From Calcarisporiella thermophila CBS 279.70 (lineage: Eukaryota; Fungi; Calcarisporiellomycota), in contig NW_027192193.1 of the NCBI RefSeq assembly GCF_041956535.1, forward strand, positions 450,235-514,234: a DNA stretch of 64,000 nt. Direction: 5' to 3'. The notes under the pieces were generated by a model, which saw nothing but the letters and a program-made list of their open reading frames with translations, had not been told where the DNA came from and made no database searches. Below, piece by piece: positions 40,057 to 50,559 of the stretch (position 1 is its first letter; every line of letters begins with the position of its first letter). The position numbers were made by a program, and so were the translations under genes.

Positions 40057-41746
40057 ATGTCCATTTTAAATGGGGAAGAGAGGTGGGAATCGTTTGTTTT
40101 GTGGGCAAAGAGCGAGGGATTGAAAGCTGATGGATTGGTGGCATCCGATTTTCCAGGTTTCATTATAGATATATAAACTTTTATATTGAATAAAGTCTCG
40201 CTATAAGTGTTTATCAGATACAGGAAGAGGTTTAAAAGCGCTCCGAGATTTCAATGTAATTAGGGCTTATTTGTTTGTTCATTTGTTGATTGACTAATCG
40301 GAGAACATATCTACAGATCGGTGATATCATTTTGGAAGTACCTGGGAACATAATTATTACACCTGATAGCATATTAGAGAAAGCTTGTAATCCAAGGTAA
40401 TTTGTCTAATTCTATTGCAAAATTACTATGCGCTCACATATACTCGTGAGCCAGTAATGTAAAGCTTAGCGCACACCAATCGATTGCATTATTCGTGGCT
40501 TTGGAACGAAGGAACTTGGGAAGATGGAAAAAGTACATGGATGTACTTCCTCAAGAGTTCGATACCATGCCCGTCTTATTCTCTGAAAAGACAATGCAGT
40601 GGTTTCCGAGTTATTTTCAAGGTTAGTTTCTAACCTTCTTAGTGCATTTCATGGTTTATCAACCTTACGCTTTATATATCTTACATGCCAGGAGAGATTG
40701 CGCGTCAAAGAAAAAAAATAAAGATGGATTGGAAGCAGGCCCAAGACTTCGTCCGTACCAGCGGTTGCAATATGCCGTTATTTGAAGATTTTCTTTGGGG
40801 ATGGCTATGTGGTATAGTAGTTTGCCCAAGTTTCAGTGATGATTTCTCTCTTATGCTTCCAATAGTAAATACTAGATGTGTGTATCTCGACGGGCATCCG
40901 CTTCTTCAAAATCCGATTGGTATGGCCCCATTTTTTGACATGTTAAATCATAATCATACCGCCAAGGTAATGAACGAATTGTAATCCTTTTTTCACAATT
41001 TTAATCTAATGCTCTCCTGTTTATTTCCGTTCCCAAGATTGAGAGCGAGTATGATGCCAAAAACGACTGTTTTCGCATAAAAACCCTCACTCCATACGCA
41101 CAAGGAGATCAAGTATTTATCTCCTATGGTGCGCACGATAACGCCTATATCTTCCTCGAATATGGCTATCTCCCGTTCGATTACAATCCTTACGACTCAA
41201 TTAATGTGGATGAACTTTTCCTAAACTTAAGATTCGAAGGAGAGCAAGATTTCAGGCAAAAGTTGGAGATACTCAAAGCGGAAGGCTATCTCGGGTAACA
41301 CAAGCGCCTATTCGTTTTCATCTCTAGCATTGTGCTCAAGTATCATGGGGATTAATTATTCTTTAGGGATTTCACACTGAGACTAGATCAAGTGTCCTAT
41401 CGGCTGTTAGTTGCTCTACGATTGCGTGCCATGCTGCGTGGAGAAAAAGAAGCCCTCTGGAGAGATATGCTTATGGGCCGCAGGGATATTATAAGCGTAG
41501 AGAATGAGGCCAAGACGAAGACATATCTTCGAGAGATGTGTTATGAATTAGTGAAGCAGGCTGACCATGTACTTGCTTCGATGGTTTGTATTTACTGCCG
41601 GCTTTTAATAGGTCCATTGATGTCATATTTTAAATAATTGATAGGGAGCCATTTCGCCTTGGACTGCACGTCTCGAAATGATAAAAAGGCTATGGCTCGA
41701 GCATAAAAATGTGGCCGAGAAAGTTATGAAAATGAAACAGCTATGA
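40057..41746 (+). CDS. SETD4/Rkm2-like SET-domain protein lysine methyltransferase
   Basis: DFP|DTGRGLKA, FLWGWLC|VNTRCVY, MAPFFDMLNH, QVFISYGAHDN..EYG, SYRLLVALRL across about 9 exons. Confidence 0.88.
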
Positions 41747-42133
41747 CTCTTCAGCCAGGAATATCACAACGCTGTATAACTGATTATCCCACTTGATTGA
41801 AGGAATCAGCTTAGATACGTTGTTCACCTTTGCTGTTCCCACTTTTTTGTTTGTTGAAGAGCTTTCCATCGGAGAGCTAGAGAGAAAGCTGCTGAGGTGG
41901 GTCAATTTAATGGATGAAATTGATACCATATTGCTGTCGGGACAATGCTAATAGATGATGACATTATGTTTATTTGAAATAATAAATTGAGAAACAAAAA
42001 TCGGAACGAAGCAGAAGGAAAGAAGCAAAGAAAAACTTTGAACGGGGGATTCAAAAATAGAGAGCCAAAATTTATAAGCCGGTATGAAGTGTAAACACGT
42101 GTGTGGCTTGAAAATTGTATACTCGAGCCTCAA

Positions 42134-43234
42134 TTATGCCGCGGGGCTTGAGATGCGAAGCTTTAGTAGAGTTCTGCGGTCAAATCCATGGGTACCAAGA
42201 TCCTATGGAATAGGAGTCAAAAGGTCAACCAGCATTAGTCGGTTTCTGAGTGCAAGTAGATACATACCCTTCTTGTCTCCTCTGGGTCTCCAAGAGTCTG
42301 CTCCAGATAGAACTCTAAGAATCCATTACATGTAAGCCAGCCCTTCGAGTTAGAATCGAATCGCATTCCAAGCTGCTGTGCAAACCCAGGGGGTGCATGG
42401 TCTCCATTGGTGGTAAAAACAAAATTATCCAGTTCTTCAGGAGCAAGAGCACCATCACCATCAGCATCGAAGTCGTTAAATATTTCAATTAGAGCCTGTT
42501 TGAGGAGGGGAGTAAATTGCCCATTCTCAAGGAGAGGCTCCTCATCCTCCGATCCCTGGTAACCATCGAGGATGGTGCGGATTTCTTGTTCGAGTTCTTA
42601 AATACACAAATTAGCATCCATTTTCTTAGATAGCTATTGATAAATCAAACAAAAAAAAAAGCCTACCCTCAATAGGCTCATAATCCAGGTCGATAGCCTT
42701 GCCGATCTCTAATACCTTTAGCGCATCCTCCAGTCTATTCAAGATGTACATTACCACTGCGATTAGATGGAAACACCCAGCATGTCCAGGATAATCCTCT
42801 AGAATCTTCATTGTGTTATCGCATGCCAGTTCAAGTTCTCTCCATTCCATCGTATCGCGAAATTTCTCGATCGACTTTTGAGCCATGGCAAAATTTCGGC
42901 TGGCATGTTCAGCAGCGGCATCCCAGTCTTTCTCCTTTTCAAATTGGCCATTGGCGTTTTTCGAACCAATATGAAGGCGGTAGAACTCGGCCCAGTCTTC
43001 AGGCTCATCCAACCCACTACTCACTTTAATTCCAGCGTCTCTGAGAATGCGTGTGACGATCATGCGATTGTAGAGTGGAATAAGCTCTTGAGCACATTTT
43101 GCTCGCCATAACTCCTGCCTTTGATTATGCAATGTGCGAGAAGTGGAGCTTAAACGAGCAAGCTCAGCGGGAGAAAGATGCTCACTAAGGGCAGAGAGAA
43201 GATCGCTGGGAAGGGATTCGAGCGGAGAGGTCAT
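42134..43234 (-). CDS. F-box + TPR-like + EF-hand protein, 3 exons
   Basis: N-terminal LESLPSDLLSALSEHLSPAELARLSSTSRTL; TPR-like YPGHAGCFHLIAVVMYILNRLEDALKVLE; EF loops DADGDGALAPEE and DSNSKGWLTCNG; last exon DLGTHGFD. Confidence 0.78.
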
Positions 43235-43389
43235 TACTTTTATATATAGATTTGTGTTTGTAAAAAAAATCAGAATTGTATACGATTTAAGGTTATCCGC
43301 AACTCAATAGGAGATGCAGTCACATTAGCTTCGACTTTTTTTTTCACTTTTCTCACAGTCTTGGAAGTATTCATCTCTCCATCCATAAC

Positions 43390-44211
43390 ATGTCGTCTCT
43401 AGTTGGCAAAACTATACCTCCGATTAGTGGCCTTATTCCTTTGCGCCAAGGTCAGCATGAATTGGTCAGTATTGGTTCTCCTGTAAATCCTGGCCAAACG
43501 AAGGTGACCGTAGTGGAATTCTGGGCAACCTGGTAATATGTTGACCGAAAAGTCTGTCACCGAAGGATATTCATATTCTATTGTTATGATTCTATGCAGG
43601 TGTCCTCCGTGTCGAGACAGGTGCTGAATCAGTACTGCCATTGGTTGTGTTAGTTACTGATTTGTCATACTTTGAATTTATTTTAGCATCCCTCACTTGA
43701 GTGAGCTACAGGAGCGCTATAAAGCAAAAGAGGTAGAAATAATTGGAATAACCTGGGAAAATGATGAAAATGTAAGGCGGCTTTTATTTTTTGACTTCTA
43801 CATGACATCTAACCGTGTATTACTCTTCAGAAACTGCGTCATTTCGTCAATTCAATGGAGGTGCCTATTACCTATACCGTTGTTATGGATCCAACCCAAA
43901 CCACCCGACAATCTATATATAGTCTTACTGGAGCACAGGGAATTCCCTTCGCCTTGATCCTCGTGAATAACGAAGTCAAATACCAAGGTCACCCGATGGA
44001 CTCGGCCTTTGCTACAGAGCTTGACAAATACACGTCAATGGCTTCTGTTAAGGAAGCAAAGCCGAAACCTATTCATGAAACATACGAACAGCTAATGCAA
44101 AGACACCCGGGCGAATTGCGAAAAATATTGGAGGAGAGGGGTATAAGTACAAAGGGATTACTGGAGAAGAAAGATTTCGCAAAAGAAATCCTTGATAAGT
44201 GTGGTCCCTAA
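43390..44211 (+). CDS. TlpA/redoxin-like thioredoxin (WCPPC) with C-terminal SAP-like helix pair, 4 exons
   Basis: VVEFWATW|CPPCRDS|IPHLSELQERY, GIPFA cis-Pro loop, YQGHPM; tail ELRKILEERGISTKGLLEKKDF. Confidence 0.88.
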
Positions 44212-44397
44212 TTACCGACCCAATCTGGAATTCCAGTTATCTTTCATTTATCAAAAGTTGTATGGACACTTTTATTGAATATCTAAACAAAGCTCACAAC
44301 TCTTCCAAAAGAGACCATCATCCAACAAATTAAGAGAATCCGTTGTTGTTAAATCCCTCAAGGATTTACAAGAGGAGGGGTTTGTCAGAGAATATTC

Positions 44398-44581
44398 CTA
44401 TCACGATAAAAAGATGGATCAGTACCATGTTGATGAATCCATTGTCAAGTCAATAAACAGATTGATATCAGACAATAATATAGTGATTCCGGAATGGTCA
44501 TTTCCTCATCAGCATCAGTAGAGGGAGACCATCAATCATCATATAAATGGGGACGTCATAGCAATCGAAAAGGATACTTAC
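44398..44581 (-). other. Predicted 3'-UTR intron of RPS12 hosting the snoRNA
   Basis: GTAAGT donor 23 nt after the stop codon; branch-like TACTGAT at 44424-44418; TAG acceptor ending at 44398; AATAAA near 44271-44276. Confidence 0.75.
44465..44545 (-). ncRNA. Box C/D snoRNA, SNORD100-like (predicted guide for the 18S site equivalent to human Gm436)
   Basis: Minus strand: C box ATGATGA (44542-44536), guide CTCCCTCTA, D' CTGA (44518-44515), C' TGATGA (44511-44506), D CTGA (44471-44468); guide is complementary to conserved 18S AGAGGGAG. Confidence 0.85.
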
Positions 44582-44604
44582 AATAAATATCTCGTGTTGA
44601 GGAC

Positions 44605-45045
44605 TTAGCGAGACTTGAAGTAGTCCAAGAGGACGTTCATGGCCTCACTCTCCTCACCGAAGTCCTTCACAACGCAGCAGGCGCATGCGACGACCTTGCG
44701 GGGGTTACCCTCACGATCGATCTTGCAGAGACCAACCCACTCACCGAGCTTCTTGGCATCAGAAACCTTGATCAGGTTAATGTTGTGCTCAGCGCAGAGG
44801 GCCTCAACGAGCTTGATGTACTCTTGCTCGTTGCAGGACTCAGCCAAGACGCAGAGGTGAGCCTGGCGGCGATCGAGGGCACGTGCGCACTCACGCAAAC
44901 CACGGGCAAGGCCGTCGTGGATGAGGGAGCGACGGAGAACTTCTTGGAGAGCATCCTCAACGGACATCTGACCTTTCACTGGGGCATCAGCAGCGACCTC
45001 AACCTCCTGAACTGGGGCGGGCACGTCATTTCCTTCAGTCGACAT
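44605..45045 (-). CDS. RPS12: 40S ribosomal protein S12 (eS12)
   Basis: [48 protein letters not shown]; strongly biased codon usage; CDS intronless. Confidence 0.98.
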   Translation of the reverse strand: MSTEGNDVPAPVQEVEVAADAPVKGQMSVEDALQEVLRRSLIHDGLARGLRECARALDRRQAHLCVLAESCNEQEYIKLVEALCAEHNINLIKVSDAKKLGEWVGLCKIDREGNPRKVVACACCVVKDFGEESEAMNVLLDYFKSR

Positions 45046-45079
45046 GTTGGTGTTTTTTAAAGATTACTGTAAGTCTTCA

Positions 45080-45203
45080 CTATAGTAGAAGTCAAAAGTC
45101 GCAGATTAGGAATTAAGTCTCTGACATCCAAAGCGTGAACGATGTTTGAATGGATGGATGGATGGATGGATGGGTGGATGAACCCATGCAAATGTAAACT
45201 TAC
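45080..45203 (-). other. Predicted 5'-UTR intron of RPS12
   Basis: GTAAGT at 45203 and TATAG acceptor ending at 45080, 34 nt before the ATG; branch-like CTAAT near 45105-45109. Confidence 0.7.
45150..45180. repeat. (ATGG)n/(CCAT)n microsatellite
   Basis: About 7-8 ATGG units with one variant, seen directly. Confidence 0.9.
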
Positions 45204-45228
45204 ATGAAGTGCTTTCCGCTTTTAAAAA

Positions 45229-45270
45229 TAAAGGGAGGAAACAAGAATACCATCTCGATGCAATATATAA
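45229..45270 (-). promoter_or_regulatory. RPS12 core promoter: TATA-like element and pyrimidine-rich start region
   Basis: Minus strand TTATATA (45270-45264), followed about 20-30 nt downstream by TTCTTGTTTCCTCCCTTT. Confidence 0.45.
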
Positions 45271-46168
45271 AGTCAAACATTTCGGAGTATCAATTCAGTG
45301 GCTGAGCTCATCTCTAATATCCTAAAATATTTAAAAAAATATTGAAATTTCGCATTTCGTCTTTGAATTTTTCAAGTATAATGCAGTACTATTAATGTTA
45401 GCAATTGGATGTCTCCTATACTAAACTATTAAAGTCCAAGTTATAGTAGGTCGTATTTGTTTTGTTTTGTAATGTATTCCCGAGCCGTTCTTTGAAAATA
45501 AATGTCTAGGCAAGTGCTATAGAGATGCTACCAATCCTTAAATATATGAACAAGTTTAAGGGGAAAAAAGATGATTCACTTTGAACCAAAACCAGAACCA
45601 GATGTATATCGAGTGCATTGATTCTCCTTCATCAACAGAATTCTACCCTTGTATGGAGATAAGGCCCAATTGACTTTAAAATGAAATAACCAGATTATTT
45701 TTCACTTTGAAGCTACGTGTTTCCGGAACAGTTGCAATAAGGGAGAAAGAATAAAGATGTGCAATGGATATTGACTCGGCAAGAGGAGATTGCAAGGCAG
45801 CAGGCGCTTCCAACCCCCGCTAGTGAGCAGGAGACGAGCGGCTGTAAGACACAGCCTCGTAGTGGAGAGAAGGCCAAGGGAAGTTTCACCTCTCAGCCAG
45901 CTTGTAGGCGAGAGGCTAGGACTATTGTGGACTCGCCTAAGGCCCAAGACCCCCCAATCAAGGGCCGGCGTTCGGTAATCTCGAGCAGTTGCTTACGTTT
46001 TCTGGCCTTGTGTGCTCAGTGGAATCTTCGAGGAGACCCGCGGTGAATCACGGTCGGTCCCAAGCATCGGATACGTGTCTCGTGTAACGTCAAGTGAAAT
46101 TGAGAGCTCTGATCGATGGAGGTTGCTCTTGCACGCACGATTCTCCCAAATGCTCCATCTCCTTGTAC

Positions 46169-48729
46169 ATGCCGCCTAGTAAGCCACAATCACCCGCAAC
46201 CCAAGCAAATGCTGTCGAAAAACGGCGCCGTGTCAAGCAAGCTTGCCGCGCCTGCCATCAGAAGAAACAAAAATGCGATGGCAATGTCAATGGATGCTCA
46301 CGATGTCTCTCGCTTGGCATCCAATGCACCTTCGGAAGCGATAAATTTCGCAGAGGGCGCCCACGCAATCATTTCCTGCAACAGAACGAGAGAATCCTGT
46401 TTGATTTGAGGGAGCCGTCAGAGTGTAGAGCTTATACTAGCGGGAGTCTACTGGAGCGGTTAAGGCGATTCATCGTGAGACTCGATGAATTTAGCGAACT
46501 GAAGGTATTTCAGCAGCTAATTTCTCTGGATCAATTAGTGATGCTTTAACTCTCCCCCAACAGACCGTGTCATTCAATCCCACCATAGGCAAATCTATCT
46601 GGGAGTGGCGGTGGGCCAGGGGGATGCGATTCACCCGAAATCTGGGAACCAATGTGATTTCGAATGATATGCTGAGTATTCTAGTTGAGAAAATGAGCTC
46701 ACTGAGCATGGGCGAAAAGGTCGAGAAGAGTTTCCCGCTTCACCTAATCAACGCGGCAGACGACTTCACGGTAATGGATTTTTCCTACAGTGACCCGCTC
46801 AAAAGCATCTCATATCATCAGGCAATGACGCTTATCCACACCTGGTTCAGACTACATCCTTTTCCAACCATCCTCAACCGCTCCATTATGATCAAAAACT
46901 ACAGCGAGCAACGCATGGACCGCTTTCTTTACGCAGTGGTATTCGGTTATGCTATCAACAAGGCCCAAATACCAATCTTCAATCAGACAAAGTCTGGCTT
47001 GCCCGGTTCCGTTTTCCTTGAATATGCCATTTCATTGTTAGAGAACGAGACTCCAGAGCCGTCGCTTACGAAATTGCAGGGCTTATTCATACTGGCACTA
47101 CAGATGGTGAATATGGGGCAGTCGAAAAGAGGAATTCCACTGACCATCATGGCCTGGAGAATGGCAATGGAGCTACGCATCCCCGATCAAGATAGCCCGC
47201 TCTTCGGTGAAGAGCTGGATCCATTCGAACGAGAGCTACGCAACAATATCTGGTGGGCAATGCGTATCACCCTGACGTGGTCTATGTTCCACCTCGGGAG
47301 GAACTTGACTGAGGATATGATTTCAGCACAGTTGAAATTGCCCGTGAAAAACGAAAAGGAATCGGTGCTCTTCGAGCTGGACCAGAAACACGGGTACTTT
47401 ACCGCACCGGATGAATACGCCCACGTGCTCCGCTCGTTCTACAATAGCGCCTATTTGGCGGTGATCATGTCTGAAGTTTGGTTACATGTGATTCCATCGC
47501 CCGCATTTCGCTCGTTGTTTGACCCATTAAAATCTCTCCCGATGGCCCAGGAACCGGTCCTGTCACAAAAGAACCTGTCCACCGTCTGCTCCAACCTCTC
47601 CAGATTAATGAACGCAATTCCGCCCGACCTTGAGCCTATGGGCGCCGCAGAACTACTTCTCTACCTTAACATCCTCATAATTCACCTCCATTTTCCTAAA
47701 TCGAACAACAACCTGTTATTTTTCCTCGAAGAGGGCGTGCTGGAGTGTATCACCTCGGCCGATATGATCGTCAACTTATCCGAAATTGTATTGGAACACC
47801 CAGATAGTTTGCCTCTCCACTCAATCGTTGCGTTCGGGCTAAATACAAGCTCATGCGTTCACATCCTTATTGCGGAATCCGGTACCCCCGAGCGTCGCGA
47901 AGAAGCTCTATTAAACTTACGAAGGACTCTGCGGTTGTTGGAAAGCGGGCGGCTCGTATGTGGTGATGTGAAGCTTCTACGCACATTGGAGGAGATGTTA
48001 GCGCGAGCAGAGAGTGGCGAATCCATTATTTCAAGGACGGCAAATGCTACTGATCAAAATGATGATTTACCCATCACACCTGTAGTCATTCCCCGTGTAA
48101 GTCTTGGATTGCTGGCCAACGTAAAGATGGCCGACGAGGCAGCTCTACCTCAATCGACCCTAACTGGAATGTTGGTGCGTTCTCAAAAAAAGTCGTCACC
48201 GGAGGATACAGCTGGTGTATCTTCAATTCTCTCATCCTCAATATGGCAACAACAACAACAAGGGCAGCAGCAGCAGCAGCCCACTTCATCCGAATCAGTG
48301 GACCCTTCTCTTGGAGTGGCTCCTCCTATAAACGCACCCACACCTCATTCTTACCTCTCTCCAACATTTGAGGTTAGCCCATCCAATAGCCTGGCGACTA
48401 CATCCAATGTTTATGGCAACGTAATCTCACCCGAGGCGAATATAAACATCTCACCCTCAAATATGTCAGAGACTATCGAAATCACTACTCCCGATGCGGC
48501 TTCAGTTAACTGGGATAATCAGTTTATGCACTCTAAAGAAGCACCCGAGCCTAATGCCGAGTTCTTGTCTAGCTTAATTGATTTCGCCTCTGGACCTAAT
48601 TTTACTAATGCGGTTTTAGAGCCTGAAGCGAATACGGAGAGATTTCCCTCCGTTGTTTTGCCTGGAGACATTGGTTCAAATATCGTCAGTGAGAGCTTCT
48701 ACCAAGGAAATGATTCAATGAGATCCTAG
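46169..48729 (+). CDS. Zn(II)2Cys6 transcription factor with fungal middle homology region
   Basis: ACRACHQKKQKCDGNVNGCSRCLSLGIQC; intron about 46506-46564; ERELRNNIWW motif; poly-Q and acidic C terminus. Start codon uncertain. Confidence 0.9.
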
Positions 48730-49485
48730 CTTGTCAACCCAAAAGATGATCGGTAGGTTGATAACCGAATTATGACCACTTCAGCTATTATTCACAAGTG
48801 CACTGTAGCGAATAGTTCAAAAATTAACGAAATGGCTAGGGATCAAAAAGGAAAATAGAGGAATCGTGATTGATTTCAATAATACCCATTTATCCATTGT
48901 ATCTGTAGATATGCTAAGTCCCTTTTTTTGTTTTCTTTTGAATTGTTTTATCAGTATTATTTCAGGTTTAGCATTCTAATTAATAAAATACTAAATATTA
49001 ACAATAGGTGGGGAGAAGATAGTTCTTGTTAGGAAATGAATAACTACTCATTATATTATCGGAATTCTGTTGGCATCAGCGTTTTATATGTTTTGGTATC
49101 TCCTCGATAGGCTGTAAGTACTAAAGGAAGATATCATTTTGTGTAGCATGCGTCATGTCTGAGTTAAGAGTGTAGCCGTATGTCGAGTCTCTCATTAATG
49201 GTTTTAGGCGCTCCAGGGATTTAGATTTCTTGGCCGCACTATAAAAATCTAGGTCGCACAATTTTAAAGAACGGCAAGCTGAATATAATTTGCACCTCGT
49301 TTCTATAAACGATTGATCCATTCAGTGTTAATTAGTCGCTTATATCCTATAATCCACTAATTGATTATTCTTTTTTTCATACGAAATTCTCGAGATCTTT
49401 TCCTCATTATTCTTTAGTCACATCGATCCGATATTTGGTGCTTTTGTTTACCCTCTTATAATAACTTCATCCTAATACAACATTA

Positions 49486-50559
49486 ATGTCGGCAAAAAAT
49501 ACTGATCCTCTCTCACAACCAAAGAAGGAAAACTCATCCAATTCTCCGCGTATATCGACTGAGAGAACAGTAACAACATCGCCCATTTCCTTTGCTCAAC
49601 TGCCTCCTTCTGCTGATGACAGCTCATCGACAGAGAGAGTAGAATTGGAGCAGACTCGTCATAATCGCACCCAGTCAAAGGTTAGTAGCATTGGCAGCAC
49701 TACCAACACTTCCCTTACTAGCACCTCTCGGGTTAACCCTATTCCACCTGGTGTGCGCCCACTCAGTCCAACAAGTGAGGATGCACCACCCGATCCATTG
49801 CAAAAGTCATCTGCACAAAGTCGATGGTCCACATTGGTCAATCCCCAAGGGCAACTCACCTCTGAGACGCATGTCAAAGGCAAAGAAGGACCTTCTACAG
49901 ATACAAAGCATGAAACTCACATTGTGGTTCCGCCTCCTGACCCAGAATGGTTCCGCTCCCCTACTCCCAATGATGGGGACACCACAATTGAGGGTAATGG
50001 TATAAAAAACCCAACCACGAAACTCCAAAGTCTGATTGAGCAGAGTGTCTCGGTCCCTCTTATCATCAAAGGGCTTATTTTCATATTCTCTTTCATTTGT
50101 ATGTGTATTTCGGGCAACCTTATCGACCTCACCTCACGATTCGGTGTCGCCTCCGTTTCGAGCTCTTCGCTTACTCTCATGGTTGCCACCGTAGCCATGG
50201 TGTATCTCGTGTGGGCTGCGTATGACGAACACTTGGGAAAACCGATCGGATTACGCCGAACATCAACAAAACTCATCATTATGTCGGTCGATTTGGTGTT
50301 CGTGGTGTTGTGGACGGCCGCGCTCTGTACCTCCTTCACTGTTCTCTTCACCACATGGGGCTGTGCCACTGGAGACGGTTTTGTAACTCGCAGCCCTAGC
50401 GTTGACGAGCGTGAGAGCTTCGCTCGAGCCTCCGCGTACTTGTGCCCGCGACTCTCGGCTCTAATAACTTTCAACTTTTTTAGCCTTCTCCTCTGGTATC
50501 TTCAATTTCTCGTTGGGCTAATTAGGATTTTCGAGAAAATGAGGAGTCATCGAAAATAA
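49486..50559 (+). CDS. SRF1-like (regulator of phospholipase D) four-TM membrane protein
   Basis: Disordered N terminus, then four TM helices with YDEHLGKPIGLR..KL..DLVF, a motif recalled from fungal Srf1. Confidence 0.72.
   Translation: MSAKNTDPLSQPKKENSSNSPRISTERTVTTSPISFAQLPPSADDSSSTERVELEQTRHNRTQSKVSSIGSTTNTSLTSTSRVNPIPPGVRPLSPTSEDAPPDPLQKSSAQSRWSTLVNPQGQLTSETHVKGKEGPSTDTKHETHIVVPPPDPEWFRSPTPNDGDTTIEGNGIKNPTTKLQSLIEQSVSVPLIIKGLIFIFSFICMCISGNLIDLTSRFGVASVSSSSLTLMVATVAMVYLVWAAYDEHLGKPIGLRRTSTKLIIMSVDLVFVVLWTAALCTSFTVLFTTWGCATGDGFVTRSPSVDERESFARASAYLCPRLSALITFNFFSLLLWYLQFLVGLIRIFEKMRSHRK

Noticed and set aside
43390-44300. Possible selenoprotein (some early-diverging fungi have Sec-containing redoxins)
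   Set aside because: Both active-site codons are TGT; no in-frame TGA and no convincing SECIS element.
45120-45134. Minus-strand CTTTGGATGTCAGA resembling U14 domain B plus D box
   Set aside because: D box is mismatched, and there is no C box or U14 domain A upstream.
45878-46103. GGGAAGTTTCAC...GTGAAAT as an RNase P/MRP P4-like pairing
   Set aside because: Conserved-region sequences do not match the eukaryotic CR-I/CR-V consensus and no P1 helix is evident.
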